Part shown: in pieces, positions 10,794-20,930 of the stretch
Position numbering within the stretch: the first letter of the stretch is position 1
Layout: every line of letters starts with the position of its first letter
Assembly (NCBI GenBank): GCA_028717685.1
Contig: JAQUNI010000003.1
Span: 64,311-128,310 of the forward strand
DNA: 64,000 nucleotides
From: Patescibacteria group bacterium
Lineage (GTDB): Bacteria; Patescibacteriota; JAQUNI01
Direction: 5' to 3'
The notes under the pieces: generated by a model
The model's input: the letters and a program-made list of their open reading frames with translations, nothing else
What the model was told of the DNA's origin: nothing
Databases searched by the model: none
Position numbers and translations under genes: made by a program

Positions 10794-10984
10794 TTATCCT
10801 TTCGTAAAAGTATCTAAAATTCTCGTATTAATTTTTTGTTTGCACAGGCAGGTCGCTAAATAATGAAGCCCTCAAGGAGGTCATGCTCCTATTTTTTATT
10901 GGCCATTTTGTAATTCGTCATTTCTTCTATGTTTTTTGGAGGATATTGGGGGTATAGACTAAGATAACATCTAATATTTTCTTA
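10794..10984 (-). pseudogene. Remnant of a B12-binding radical SAM gene (N-terminus only)
   Basis: Manual translation KKILDVILVYTP...PP*GLHYLATCLCKQKINTRILDTF resembles PPLGLLYIAAYLEKHNISVKLYD of 18379-19818. Confidence 0.7.
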
Positions 10985-10991
10985 TTATGAT

Positions 10992-12182
10992 TTAGACCAA
11001 ACACGATTGGTAAGCATTAATGATTGTTTTTATATTTTTTTCTTCACTGTAATTTTCTAAGGCAAATTTTCTGCAATTAATACGCATTTGGTCAAGATTT
11101 TTTGGATTTTGGCTTAATTTTTCAAGTTCATGGCTTATATTTTTTATGTGGGGACGCATTATGAACCAAATTTTTCCATGACCGCTTTTAATATTTAATC
11201 CCACTTTTCTCTCTTCACCAAAATATTTAGTCCGATCAGGTAAAATAGGGGGTACTCCGCAACTCAAAGCATGCATTGTTACACGACCGACGTAATCTTG
11301 ATCAACTGACCCCCAGAGCAGTAAATCAGCCGCTGAAAGCCAAAAAGGGATCTTCTTGTTTGGTACGCTGCCGAGATAGTGAACATTTTTGTGAGTAGCC
11401 GCTAATTTTTCCACCTCCATCCTTAAGGGTCCGTCACCAATAATAAAAAACTGAATCTTTTCTGATGTTTGTTTAATGATTTTTATTACTTCATGCACAC
11501 CTTTTTCTTCAGTTAGTCGGCCAATAAATAAAACCATAAAACAGCCTTGCTGAAGATTTAGTTTATTTCTTATCTTAATTTTGTTTCGGGGTTTGAATAT
11601 TTTAATTGTATCAATCCAACAATGACAAATTTTTATTTTCTTGGCTGAAATACCCAGAGAAATTAAACACTGGCCGCATTTTTTTGATAAAAGAGTAATA
11701 ATATTAGCTTTATCTAGGATTTTTTTAGCAAATTTTGCTGATAATGATTTTTTTTTAAATTTATATATTGTGTATAAACTAATAATGGACTTTTTTGAAA
11801 ACAATTTACCGATTATACCCGCTGCCAATCCTGCGGATAGACCATGGCCATGAATAACTTGAATTCTTCTAGAAAGAATAGTGGTATAAAAAACGCTAAA
11901 AATAAAAATTCCCAGAAACAGATAAAGAAACTGTAAGGCTGGATATTTTGTCAATCTATAGAATAAATTAAATTTTATCCATGGCAGGCGAAAGATTTGC
12001 AATCCCAACTTTTTTTCGTAGAGAGGAGCTTTAAAGGAAGAAGTTAAAGGGGAATAAGTAATAACGATAGTCCTCCATTGTCTTTTTGTCAATCCTTGCA
12101 CTAAATCATCTAAATAACTCTCTACACCGCCTATATTTGGGCTAAAAAATGGTGATAGAATTAAAACTGATTTGTTGTACAT
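10992..12182 (-). CDS. GT4 glycosyltransferase
   Basis: FSPNIGGVE, FIGRLTEEKG, GDGPLR; paralog of 17204-18340. Confidence 0.88.
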   Translation of the reverse strand: MYNKSVLILSPFFSPNIGGVESYLDDLVQGLTKRQWRTIVITYSPLTSSFKAPLYEKKLGLQIFRLPWIKFNLFYRLTKYPALQFLYLFLGIFIFSVFYTTILSRRIQVIHGHGLSAGLAAGIIGKLFSKKSIISLYTIYKFKKKSLSAKFAKKILDKANIITLLSKKCGQCLISLGISAKKIKICHCWIDTIKIFKPRNKIKIRNKLNLQQGCFMVLFIGRLTEEKGVHEVIKIIKQTSEKIQFFIIGDGPLRMEVEKLAATHKNVHYLGSVPNKKIPFWLSAADLLLWGSVDQDYVGRVTMHALSCGVPPILPDRTKYFGEERKVGLNIKSGHGKIWFIMRPHIKNISHELEKLSQNPKNLDQMRINCRKFALENYSEEKNIKTIINAYQSCLV

Positions 12183-12203
12183 TGAGCTTATCTCAAAATT
12201 TTT

Positions 12204-12686
12204 TTAATGATGCAGATTATCTTTTAAGGGTTTGGCGGGAATACCGACCACAGTAACGCCCGCGGGGATATCTTTTGTAACCACAGACCCAGCTCCTATA
12301 AAAGCACCCTTACCTATTGTGATGCCTCCTAAAATGATTGCCCCGCTGCCAATAACAGCTTTTTCTCTGACTAAAGTAGGTAAACATTTCCATGTTTTTT
12401 TTAAAGCATTTTCCACGGAAGGACATTTGTCATTAATAAAAGTGACATTATGTCCGATAAATACATCCTTCTCTATCGTTACCCCGCTACAGATAAAACT
12501 ATGGGATTGGATGCGGCATCTTCTGCCAATTTTTACATTGTTTTGAATTTCAACAAAGGGACCGATCATACAATTATCTCCAAGCTTACAGCCATATAAG
12601 TTGACAAAATCATTGATTTTAACATTTTGACCCACCAAAACATTTTTAATACTTTGCTTTGGGTTATTTTCAGTGAGCTTTCTCAT
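12204..12686 (-). CDS. Hexapeptide-repeat N-acetyltransferase (FdtC/QdtC/WxcM-like)
   Basis: Left-handed beta-helix repeats, [21 protein letters not shown]. Confidence 0.88.
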   Translation of the reverse strand: MRKLTENNPKQSIKNVLVGQNVKINDFVNLYGCKLGDNCMIGPFVEIQNNVKIGRRCRIQSHSFICSGVTIEKDVFIGHNVTFINDKCPSVENALKKTWKCLPTLVREKAVIGSGAIILGGITIGKGAFIGAGSVVTKDIPAGVTVVGIPAKPLKDNLHH

Positions 12687-13801
12687 ATTTTTAATAAATT
12701 TTTGGAAAAGAATTTTTTTAACTCCACTTTAAGATAATCGATCTCTTGTTTTTTTAATTCTGCATACATTGGCAAAGATAAAATTCGTTTGGATAATTTT
12801 TCTGCTATGGGAAAATCCCCTTTTTTATATCCCAGTTCTTTGTATGCTTTTTGCAAGTGAATAGGCAAAGGATAATGAATTCCGCAAAAAACGCCTCTCT
12901 CTTGTAAAAATTCCATCATCTCGTTACGTAGATCTGTTTCTATAACAAATAGATGAAAAACATGTTTATGGTTTTTTTCAATCATGGGTAATTTTATAGG
13001 CAAATCCTTGAGTTGTTCTATATAGTATGCAGCTGCCTCTCGTCTTTTTTTATTCCACTCATCCAAATATTTTAGTTTTACTGCCAAAATTGCCGCCTGA
13101 AGAGCGTCCAGTCTTGAATTAGTGCCTTTTTCCCAATGAACATATTTTTCTTTTTGTCCATATTCTCTTAATCTTTTAATTTTTTCAGCCATTTTTAGGT
13201 TGTTAGTCACCACTGCCCCACCATCACCATAAGCTCCTAAATTTTTTCCAGGATAAAAACTAAAAGCCGCAGCAATGCCAAAATTTCCTACCTTTTTGTT
13301 TTTGTAAATTGCTCCGTGTGCCTGGCAGGCATCTTCAATGACAGGCAGTTTATACTTTCTGGCAACTTTTAAAATTTCATCCATCTCTGCTGGCTGTCCG
13401 TAGAGATGCACAGCTATTATTGCCTTTGTTTTTGAAGTAATTTTTGGCTCAATTGAATTTGTATCAATGTTGTAACTATCTTCATCACAGTCCACAAAGA
13501 CAGGTTTGGCCCCGGTCATACTCACAGCTAGGGCTGTGGCAATAAAAGTATTAACTGGCACAAGCACCTCGTCCCCTTCTTGAATATTTAAAGCTTGGCA
13601 AATAAATTTCAAAGCATCAGTGCCAGAATTTACCGTCACGCAATACTTAGCCCCGCAATATTTTGCAAACTCTTTTTCAAAAGTTTGAATCTTTTCTCCT
13701 CCGATAAAAGAAGCAGTATTCAGCACTTCTCGGATAGCGTGATCAATTTCTGATCTTATGGCTTGATATTGTCTTTTTAAATTAACAAAATCAATTTGCG
13801 T
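12683..13801 (-). CDS. DegT/DnrJ aminotransferase (FdtB/QdtB-like); start uncertain
   Basis: [29 protein letters not shown]; the homologous start position reads ACG. Confidence 0.88.
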   Translation of the reverse strand, partial: TQIDFVNLKRQYQAIRSEIDHAIREVLNTASFIGGEKIQTFEKEFAKYCGAKYCVTVNSGTDALKFICQALNIQEGDEVLVPVNTFIATALAVSMTGAKPVFVDCDEDSYNIDTNSIEPKITSKTKAIIAVHLYGQPAEMDEILKVARKYKLPVIEDACQAHGAIYKNKKVGNFGIAAAFSFYPGKNLGAYGDGGAVVTNNLKMAEKIKRLREYGQKEKYVHWEKGTNSRLDALQAAILAVKLKYLDEWNKKRREAAAYYIEQLKDLPIKLPMIEKNHKHVFHLFVIETDLRNEMMEFLQERGVFCGIHYPLPIHLQKAYKELGYKKGDFPIAEKLSKRILSLPMYAELKKQEIDYLKVELKKFFSKNLLKI

Positions 13802-13805
13802 AAAT

Positions 13806-14207
13806 TTATAACAATTTATATTTAAAAGTATCACCCTTTGTCCATTCTTTGTCTGTATAATTTAATAAAGCAGCAGTTTTAGAAATATTTTGAAAGACAT
13901 GGGCAATTTTAGGGCCAATTTCCAGACGGTTATATTTGTTAGAATTCCCATTTAAGATTAATTTTTTTTCTTCTCCCGTGTTTAGATCTTTGAGATGGAC
14001 CCTTAGTTGGCCTGAAATAATACCAAACCACTCTCTCCATCTTTTATGATAATGATTTCCCCTTATTATATTTGCCTTATCAAAGGTCACAAAATATATT
14101 TGGCCAAACTCTCTGATCTTTTTGTTTAATTCTCTGCGTTGTAAAAAAACGATTAATTGCCCTCGGTCATCATTATATTTTTCCAATTGTTGAAGTTGAA
14201 AATCCAT
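13806..14207 (-). CDS. Cupin sugar 3,4-ketoisomerase-like (FdtA/QdtA/WxcM domain)
   Basis: DDRG, RGNHYH; adjacent to the aminotransferase and acetyltransferase. Confidence 0.7.
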   Translation of the reverse strand: MDFQLQQLEKYNDDRGQLIVFLQRRELNKKIREFGQIYFVTFDKANIIRGNHYHKRWREWFGIISGQLRVHLKDLNTGEEKKLILNGNSNKYNRLEIGPKIAHVFQNISKTAALLNYTDKEWTKGDTFKYKLL

Positions 14208-14273
14208 AATCAAGTTAGGATATAAAAGATATTTCAAACCAGTTTCCCTTTTTGCAGTTTATTATGCGCTTTA

Positions 14274-14460
14274 TCAATCTATTAATTTTTCTAACTCACC
14301 CCATCTTTTCACATCTAGGATTCCGATTTGGAATTTGATCTCCGGTTTCCATTTTAATATTCTTTTCACCTTTTTAATATCTGCATAGTAATGTCTCACA
14401 TTAAAAGCCACAACTTTAATTTTAAGCGGTCCACCTGAGCCAATATTGAGAGTTTGAAAA
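14274..14460 (-). pseudogene. C-terminal remnant of an NAD-dependent epimerase
   Basis: LNIGSG...VRHYYADIKKVKRILKWKPE is a typical extended-SDR tail; no Rossmann N-terminus. Confidence 0.65.
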
Positions 14461-15585
14461 TTAACTTCGTTTTTTTTCAGCATCAAGACACTCGCCCTTA
14501 CCAGTATTGAAATATCTGTTGATTTGTCTTGTTGTATAAGCTTGCATATCTATTTTGTTTGAGTAGAATGTTTTGTACCATAATAAGGTTTCCCGGATCG
14601 CCTTGGCAACATTCAATTTGGGCTTCCATTTAAGGTTATGAATCGCTTTGGAGTTGTCTAATTTCAGTATTTTAGTTTCGTGTTTTGAACTGTCTTCACT
14701 GACGGTGAAGCTCCCCTTCTTCAAAAAATCAATTGCCATATTGACTACACTAACGACATCCAGCATACTTTCATTTTGAGGACCAAAATTCCAAGAGCCC
14801 ATCTTGTCCGTATGACCTTCATATAAGCTTTGAGCCAATAATAGGTAGCCCCTTAATGGTTCCAGAACATGTTGCCAAGGGCGAATGGCGTCGGGACTGC
14901 GAATAACGAGATTCTGATTGTTGATAAAAAAGGCTCTAATTAAATCCGGAAGCAGCCTGTCTTTATTCCAATCTCCTCCACCAATAACATTGCCGGAACG
15001 CGCGGAAGCAACCAGAGGATAATTTCCGGCTTGATTATTTTTGAAATTAAAGAAGGAGCAAATATGAGAATTCACTGCCAAGTCCGCGCAAGCTTTGCTG
15101 TTACTATAGGGGTCGTAACCTCCAAGCCGGTCATCTTCTTTAAAGGCGACATTTTTTTCTAAATCCTGATAAACCTTATCAGTGGTAATAATAATTCCTG
15201 CTCTAATATTATTAAGGCGGATAATCTCCAACACGTTGATTGTTCCAATAACGTTGGTTGTGTAGGTAGAGCGGGGATTATCATAAGAGTTTCTGACCAA
15301 GGCTTGAGCGGCAAGGTGAAAAATGATATCGGGTTTGAATTTTTTCACTATCCGATTAAGCTGGTGGAAATTTCGGATATCAACTTGGTGATGTTCTATA
15401 TAATCTTTTAAATTAAGGATGTTAAATAGATTAGGATTTGTGTTTGGCGTTAGCGCACAGCCGCAGATTTTTGCGTCCCAATTGAGAAGAATTTGAGTCA
15501 ACCACGCGCCTTTAAAGCCAGTATGTCCCGTGATTAGGATTCTTTTGCCGCGAAAGAATTTTTTTAAGCTTTTTTTCCCCATCAC
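14461..15585 (-). CDS. rfbG: CDP-glucose 4,6-dehydratase
   Basis: TGHTGFKGAW, HLAAQALVR, GGYDPYSNSK, GNVIGGGDW, RPWQHVLEPL. Confidence 0.95.
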   Translation of the reverse strand: MMGKKSLKKFFRGKRILITGHTGFKGAWLTQILLNWDAKICGCALTPNTNPNLFNILNLKDYIEHHQVDIRNFHQLNRIVKKFKPDIIFHLAAQALVRNSYDNPRSTYTTNVIGTINVLEIIRLNNIRAGIIITTDKVYQDLEKNVAFKEDDRLGGYDPYSNSKACADLAVNSHICSFFNFKNNQAGNYPLVASARSGNVIGGGDWNKDRLLPDLIRAFFINNQNLVIRSPDAIRPWQHVLEPLRGYLLLAQSLYEGHTDKMGSWNFGPQNESMLDVVSVVNMAIDFLKKGSFTVSEDSSKHETKILKLDNSKAIHNLKWKPKLNVAKAIRETLLWYKTFYSNKIDMQAYTTRQINRYFNTGKGECLDAEKKRS

Positions 15586-15605
15586 TTAAATTGTAATTGA
15601 TATAA

Positions 15606-16376
15606 TTAATCCCATATTTTCCAGGGGGCATTGCCGCTTTCCCACATTTTATCCAATTCTTTCTTGTCATATAGTTTATCCATAGGTTTCCAAAAGCCAT
15701 GATGAGGAAAAGCATAGAGTTCATTGTCCTTTGCTAAATTTTCCAAAGGTTCTTTTTCGAAGACTGTATCGTCGCCTTGGATATAATCAAAAACCTTGGG
15801 TCCTAAGACAAAAAAGCCGCCATTAATATAAGTTTGATTATCTGTTTTTTCGCTAAACTTTGTTATTCTGGATTTTTGGTTTAAAGACAAAGCACCAAAA
15901 CGTCCTTCGGGGATGACGGCAGTCAGCGTAGCAATTTTAGCGTGTTTGCGATGAAATTTTAAAAGTTTCTTAAGGTCAACGTTCCCTACCCCGTCTCCGT
16001 ACGTGGCCATAAAAGTTCCTTTGCCTATGTACTCCTTGACTCTTTTAATACGGCCACCAGTCATCGTATTTTCGCCAGTGTCAACTAAAGTTACTTTCCA
16101 TTGCTCACCGCGATTTTTATAAAATTTGGTCTTCTTGTTTATAAAATCAAAAGTGACATCGCTATGGTGCAGGCAATAATTATTAAACCATTCTTTAATA
16201 TAATATCCTTTATATCCTAAGCAAACTATAAAGTCATTCAATCCAAAATGAGAATAGATTTTCATGATATGCCATAAAATCGGCTTATCTCCTATTTCCA
16301 CCATTGGTTTTGGTTTGTTGACCGTTTCTTCACTTAAGCGGGTTCCGGTCCCTCCGGCTAAAATGACTACTTTCAT
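15606..16376 (-). CDS. rfbF: Glucose-1-phosphate cytidylyltransferase
   Basis: ILAGGTGTRLSEET..KPKPMVEIG, TMTGGR, TYGDGV. Confidence 0.95.
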   Translation of the reverse strand: MKVVILAGGTGTRLSEETVNKPKPMVEIGDKPILWHIMKIYSHFGLNDFIVCLGYKGYYIKEWFNNYCLHHSDVTFDFINKKTKFYKNRGEQWKVTLVDTGENTMTGGRIKRVKEYIGKGTFMATYGDGVGNVDLKKLLKFHRKHAKIATLTAVIPEGRFGALSLNQKSRITKFSEKTDNQTYINGGFFVLGPKVFDYIQGDDTVFEKEPLENLAKDNELYAFPHHGFWKPMDKLYDKKELDKMWESGNAPWKIWD

Positions 16377-16546
16377 TTTGTTTTCCAATAATGTGTTAAT
16401 TAAAGGTAAAAAATAAGAATCATTTTTTTAATGCAAGGCAAGCTGCTGCTTTTACTTTAGAGTTGTGGAAATAATCCCCTTACTGTTATAAATGGAAATC
16501 AAATTTTTTGTCATCCGTCATAGTATCCTTCTTTAAAACAATATGT

Positions 16547-17200
16547 TTAAGACAAAAGCATTTTTTTTCTAAACACAATCATTTGTCCTTTTGGCATAAT
16601 GCCAAAATAGCCCTTATTCCATTTATAATTTACTAATTCAAAATTATGCTTTTTACAAATATTGATAAGTGTTTTTTTAGTCAAGAATCTAATATGGGGA
16701 TTATTCGGATAAAAGAATTTATCCCAAAAAAATGTAGCAATGATAATTTTTTTCAATAAATTAAAATCTGTGGTTGTAATACAAAAGAAACCATTCTTTT
16801 TTAACACCCTATTAATTTCCGATAGACATCTATCAATATCTAATAAGTGCTCAATTACTTCTACAGCGAAAACAGTATCAAAAGAATTATCTTGAAAGCT
16901 TAAACTTTCAAGATCTTCTTGTTTAAAGATTAAATTTTTATATTTATTTTTTCCGATTTCTAATGCTTTTTTTGATAATTCAGAGGCAACAGCCTTTTTT
17001 ATAATTGTGGTTTTTGAATTTAAAAAGTTTAAAAATGTACCATCGCCAGCGCCTACATCTAAAACGGTTTTACCAATGTAGTTTTTAAAAAATTCTAAAT
17101 GCCATAGAAGATTTTCCTCCGTCCATTGAGGGGGTAAATATAACATACCCCCGTTTATATTTTTATTCCAATATTTATCATAATAATTTTTATCTTTCAT
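16547..17200 (-). CDS. Class I SAM-dependent methyltransferase
   Basis: VLDVGAGDG, FDTVFAVEVIEH, RVLKKNG. Confidence 0.88.
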   Translation of the reverse strand: MKDKNYYDKYWNKNINGGMLYLPPQWTEENLLWHLEFFKNYIGKTVLDVGAGDGTFLNFLNSKTTIIKKAVASELSKKALEIGKNKYKNLIFKQEDLESLSFQDNSFDTVFAVEVIEHLLDIDRCLSEINRVLKKNGFFCITTTDFNLLKKIIIATFFWDKFFYPNNPHIRFLTKKTLINICKKHNFELVNYKWNKGYFGIMPKGQMIVFRKKMLLS

Positions 17201-17203
17201 AAT

Positions 17204-18340
17204 TTAATAATATTTGATAATGGAATTTATATTTTTTTCTGAAAAATTTGTCTCAGCATATCTTCTGCAATTTTGAGATAATCTCAAATATAATTCTTTA
17301 TTGATGTACAATTTTTCTATCGCGGCTTTAATATTTTCAACAGTTGGATCTAGTAATAGTGAAACACTCTTATCCAATGCCTCCGGGATTCCGCCTCTAT
17401 TTGATCCAACAACTGGTAGTCCGCAGGCCACGGCTTCAATTATTGATCTACCAAATCCCTCCTCATATTGTGAAGGAGCGCAAAAAAGATCTGCTATATT
17501 ATAATATTTGTACATTATTTTGTTTTCGACGGACCCAATAAATTTCAAATTACTTAATTCTCTTTCTTGCTCTTTTAAAAATTTTTCCTCCGGACCATTA
17601 CCAACAAAAACAAAATTAATTTGAGGCAATCTTTTTGCCACTTTAACCAAGACTTTTACCCCCTTTTTTTCTAGCAGTCTTCCTGCAAAAAGAACCGTAA
17701 ATTTATCCGCAATATTTAGTTTGTTCCTCAACAAAGTTTTATTTAGAGGTTTGAAAATATTGAGGGCAATCCAATGTTTAAATAAGTCCAATTTTGCTTT
17801 GTGTAGACCAAAAGAGATTAATTCATTATATGATCCTTTGGATAAACATAGAACTTTATCAGTTTTATTTAATATGTAGACAATTCTTTTCGCTGTTTTT
17901 GAATCTTTGTCCAATTCATAGATAGCATGGATGCTAACAATTAATTTTTTATGGAATAATTTTTTTAAAATTCCTCCTATTAAAGCGGCGTTGAGGCCGT
18001 GGGCATGGATTACATCTATTCTATTTTTATTAGTTAAGATCCAAATAAATACTCTGCAGAATAAATATGGTGTTAAATATAAAAAGTCAAGAAGGGGAAA
18101 CTTTTCTACTTTATGAAAAAAGTTTTTGCCAGACCATCTATATCTTTTTATATAGATATTTTTACCTTTCTTTTCGCGAGTTGATGCCTTTATTGAGCTG
18201 GTTAGGGGTGAGTAAGTTTGGACAAAGATATAATAGCCCAAATCATCTAATTTTTTCACCAAATCATCTAGATGTGTTTCTACGCCGCCTACGTTTGGGC
18301 TAAAGAAAGGAGTTAAAATTAATACTTTTTTATTTTTCAT
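17204..18340 (-). CDS. GT4 glycosyltransferase
   Basis: GGVETH, FAGRLLEKKG, EGFGRSIIEAVACGLPVV. Confidence 0.9.
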   Translation of the reverse strand: MKNKKVLILTPFFSPNVGGVETHLDDLVKKLDDLGYYIFVQTYSPLTSSIKASTREKKGKNIYIKRYRWSGKNFFHKVEKFPLLDFLYLTPYLFCRVFIWILTNKNRIDVIHAHGLNAALIGGILKKLFHKKLIVSIHAIYELDKDSKTAKRIVYILNKTDKVLCLSKGSYNELISFGLHKAKLDLFKHWIALNIFKPLNKTLLRNKLNIADKFTVLFAGRLLEKKGVKVLVKVAKRLPQINFVFVGNGPEEKFLKEQERELSNLKFIGSVENKIMYKYYNIADLFCAPSQYEEGFGRSIIEAVACGLPVVGSNRGGIPEALDKSVSLLLDPTVENIKAAIEKLYINKELYLRLSQNCRRYAETNFSEKNINSIIKYY

Positions 18341-18378
18341 AATTTAAAAAATTTTACTCAAAATTTTGCAAATGGCGA

Positions 18379-19818
18379 TTAAGACATTGCTGATTTCGTT
18401 CCCCCTTGAGTTATTGCTTGAAAGGCGGCCTTTAGGAGTCTTGCATCTTCACGAAGAAAATCGAAGTTGCTCAAATCCCACCAGATTCTTCTTAAAATCC
18501 ATTCGGGGTTGAGGTAAAATCTGCGGTAAGCTTGCTTTTTGGCTTTTACTAAATCTTCTAGTGTCAGGTCGCGGGGAATATACTTGGGCCAAATTGATTT
18601 GAACTCATCCCCCAATTCCCCTCTGATGTACCGATCAATTAAATTAATATTGATTTTTCCCTCTTCAACGCCAGTTTTGTACAAATCCGCTCCAGGCATA
18701 ATAACAGTTATATGTATACCCATGACATCCACCTTAGAAATTAGACCAAAATTGACTGTGTCTTTAATTTCTTTCTTAGTTTCTCCAGGAAAACCTAGCA
18801 TCAGAAAAATGTTGCTTTGAATGCCGTACTTTCTGCACCATCTAATCGCGTTAAAGATATCTCGATTGTTAACATTTTTGTGGATGACTTCATTACGGAT
18901 TCTTTCATTGCCAGACTCAACACCGAAGAGTAGGTTATTGCAGCCAGCTTTTGCCATTAATTTAATCAATTCTTCGTTAACACTATTTGCCCTAGTCATT
19001 GCGCCCCACGTAGCGTTTAATCCCTTTTTGATTAATAATTGGCAAAAATTTTTAATATTTTCTCGATTTAAACTAAAAGTGTCATCATGGAAATGGAATT
19101 TTCCATTATATTGATTATATATAGTTTCCATTTCCTTAATGATGTTCTCTGCCGATCGAAAACGATAGTTTGTTTTATGGACAGGCCGACTGCAAAAACA
19201 GCAATGAAAAGGACAGCCACGTGAGCCAATCATTGAGGCTCTTTTATAAATTGCCGCGGCATCGTTTGTCAATTTGGTTTCAACTCCTCTGTGATAATTA
19301 GAAACATCGGTCAAATGTCGGGCGGGAAATGGTAAATCGTCAAGATTTTGTATTGGTTCTGCATAAAATACTCCTTTCACACGCTTGCCAGCTAATACTT
19401 TCTGAACAATTTTCAACATAGTGAGCTCTCCTTCACCAATAACATAAAAATCAAAAATCGGGAATCGCCGGGCGAAATCCGGATCTGCACTGATGTGGGG
19501 ACCACCTAAACCAACCATGGGACCATGGTTCCCCCACTCCTTCTTCATCTCCGAGGCTAACCGATAAGCAGAACGAATACTGGGTGATAAAGCGGATAAG
19601 CCAACGACTTTAGGATTTTCCTTCTCGATTTCTTGCATTAGTTTTTTTAGAGTTAATCCTTGCACTGTGACGTCGTACAACTTAACCGAAATATTATGTT
19701 TCTCTAAATAAGCAGCAATATAAAGGAGTCCTAAAGGAGGATCGCTGACTTCATCGCCCATCGGCTCATTTTTTCTGCTAAAAGTTATAGGACAATTAAT
19801 TAATAAAACTTGCGTCAT
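18379..19818 (-). CDS. B12-binding radical SAM enzyme (class B)
   Basis: PPLGLLYIA, GGPH, GEGE, SRGCPFHCCFC, GVESG, GFPGET. Confidence 0.92.
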   Translation of the reverse strand: MTQVLLINCPITFSRKNEPMGDEVSDPPLGLLYIAAYLEKHNISVKLYDVTVQGLTLKKLMQEIEKENPKVVGLSALSPSIRSAYRLASEMKKEWGNHGPMVGLGGPHISADPDFARRFPIFDFYVIGEGELTMLKIVQKVLAGKRVKGVFYAEPIQNLDDLPFPARHLTDVSNYHRGVETKLTNDAAAIYKRASMIGSRGCPFHCCFCSRPVHKTNYRFRSAENIIKEMETIYNQYNGKFHFHDDTFSLNRENIKNFCQLLIKKGLNATWGAMTRANSVNEELIKLMAKAGCNNLLFGVESGNERIRNEVIHKNVNNRDIFNAIRWCRKYGIQSNIFLMLGFPGETKKEIKDTVNFGLISKVDVMGIHITVIMPGADLYKTGVEEGKININLIDRYIRGELGDEFKSIWPKYIPRDLTLEDLVKAKKQAYRRFYLNPEWILRRIWWDLSNFDFLREDARLLKAAFQAITQGGTKSAMS

Positions 19819-19840
19819 AAAATGAATTCAGAAAAATATT

Positions 19841-20407
19841 TTATGTTTTTTGTTTGCAGGCATAGATTGCGCGTTTTTTGATTGAATAGTATTTTAGGAA
19901 GAGAACAAGGGCAGCGCTTGTGGTCGGAATGAAAATGAGGTCGCTTACTAAATTATTGCGCAAGAAAGGCAGGCCCATAAAGTAGCATTGGATTAACCCT
20001 AGCAAAGTATGGGGATACATATCCCAGAGCAACCAAACCCCAAAGTTAGTATAAAGATAGAAGAATAAAGAAGCTGCTATTCCCATCCCCGTCAGGCTTA
20101 AAATAAACTTATAACTGTATCCCCTCTTTTTGCGCACGAGCCAGCCGAAAAAACCAATCATTGCCCAGGCTGACCAAGTGAAGATTAAGATTAGATCGTT
20201 GCCAATATACATATCAGTTAAAGCGATAATGGTGAGCGGAACGATGACGGTATATGCGCCTCCCAAGAGAGAACCAGCCAGAAGACTGGCTACCATTACG
20301 GTTTCCACATTCGGGATATCTTTGAGAATAATCCGACCTATAGCGCCAAAAGCAATAAGGAAAATAGCGATTATGAGCTTAATTTTTGAAATTCGTTTGG
20401 CAAGCAT
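19841..20407 (-). CDS. Putative cobalamin ECF S-component (CbrT/DUF6580-like)
   Basis: About 6 TM, R....IPNVETV, TNFGVW, CYFMGLPF; next to a DUF4430-like gene. Confidence 0.7.
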   Translation of the reverse strand: MLAKRISKIKLIIAIFLIAFGAIGRIILKDIPNVETVMVASLLAGSLLGGAYTVIVPLTIIALTDMYIGNDLILIFTWSAWAMIGFFGWLVRKKRGYSYKFILSLTGMGIAASLFFYLYTNFGVWLLWDMYPHTLLGLIQCYFMGLPFLRNNLVSDLIFIPTTSAALVLFLKYYSIKKRAIYACKQKT

Positions 20408-20428
20408 AAGTTTAGTTTGGAGAAGAAT

Positions 20429-20884
20429 TTAGAAAGAACTCTCTTCAAATCTAAATTCTATTTTGTCATCAGGCGATACTTTTTGTTCCGTAACGCCTAC
20501 AGGCGCCATTTGCCCATTCACATAATAGAGCCAATATTTATTGTCCTGACCATTTTTGATTCCATCAATGGCTTCAATCAACGTCCCCAAATCGTATTGT
20601 TTAGTTTCTAAATTGATTTCATTTTGATTAGCTAATTTTTCCAAAAGATTATAGACCGTTTCCTCAGGCAGAAATTCTAAAGTAAAATTTTTTACTTGAT
20701 CATTACCGAAATTAATAGAAATGGTTGCTTCTTTTTTGGAAATATCAGAGGGGGAGGTTCGGAGATTTTGGGCAGCATCTTGTTCAGCTGGTTTTTGGTT
20801 AAGATTAGTTTGGCTTCCACAGCCGCCGAGCAGCAAAAGGGAGATTATGAACAAAGCAGAAAGAGTAATATTTTTTCTTTGCAT
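20429..20884 (-). CDS. DUF4430 (transcobalamin C-terminal-like) lipoprotein, putative B12 binding
   Basis: Lipobox LLGGC, IEAIDGIKN, YWLYYVNGQMAPVGV, D.IEFR. Confidence 0.78.
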   Translation of the reverse strand: MQRKNITLSALFIISLLLLGGCGSQTNLNQKPAEQDAAQNLRTSPSDISKKEATISINFGNDQVKNFTLEFLPEETVYNLLEKLANQNEINLETKQYDLGTLIEAIDGIKNGQDNKYWLYYVNGQMAPVGVTEQKVSPDDKIEFRFEESSF

Positions 20885-20930
20885 AAATTTAACATTAATT
20901 ATGGCATTATAACTTAGATTTGGTTAGAGA

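Noticed and set aside
10872-10874. TGA recoding (selenocysteine or genetic code 25) in the radical SAM remnant
   Set aside because: Position corresponds to Leu, TAG/TAA stops are also present, and other genes end in TGA under code 11
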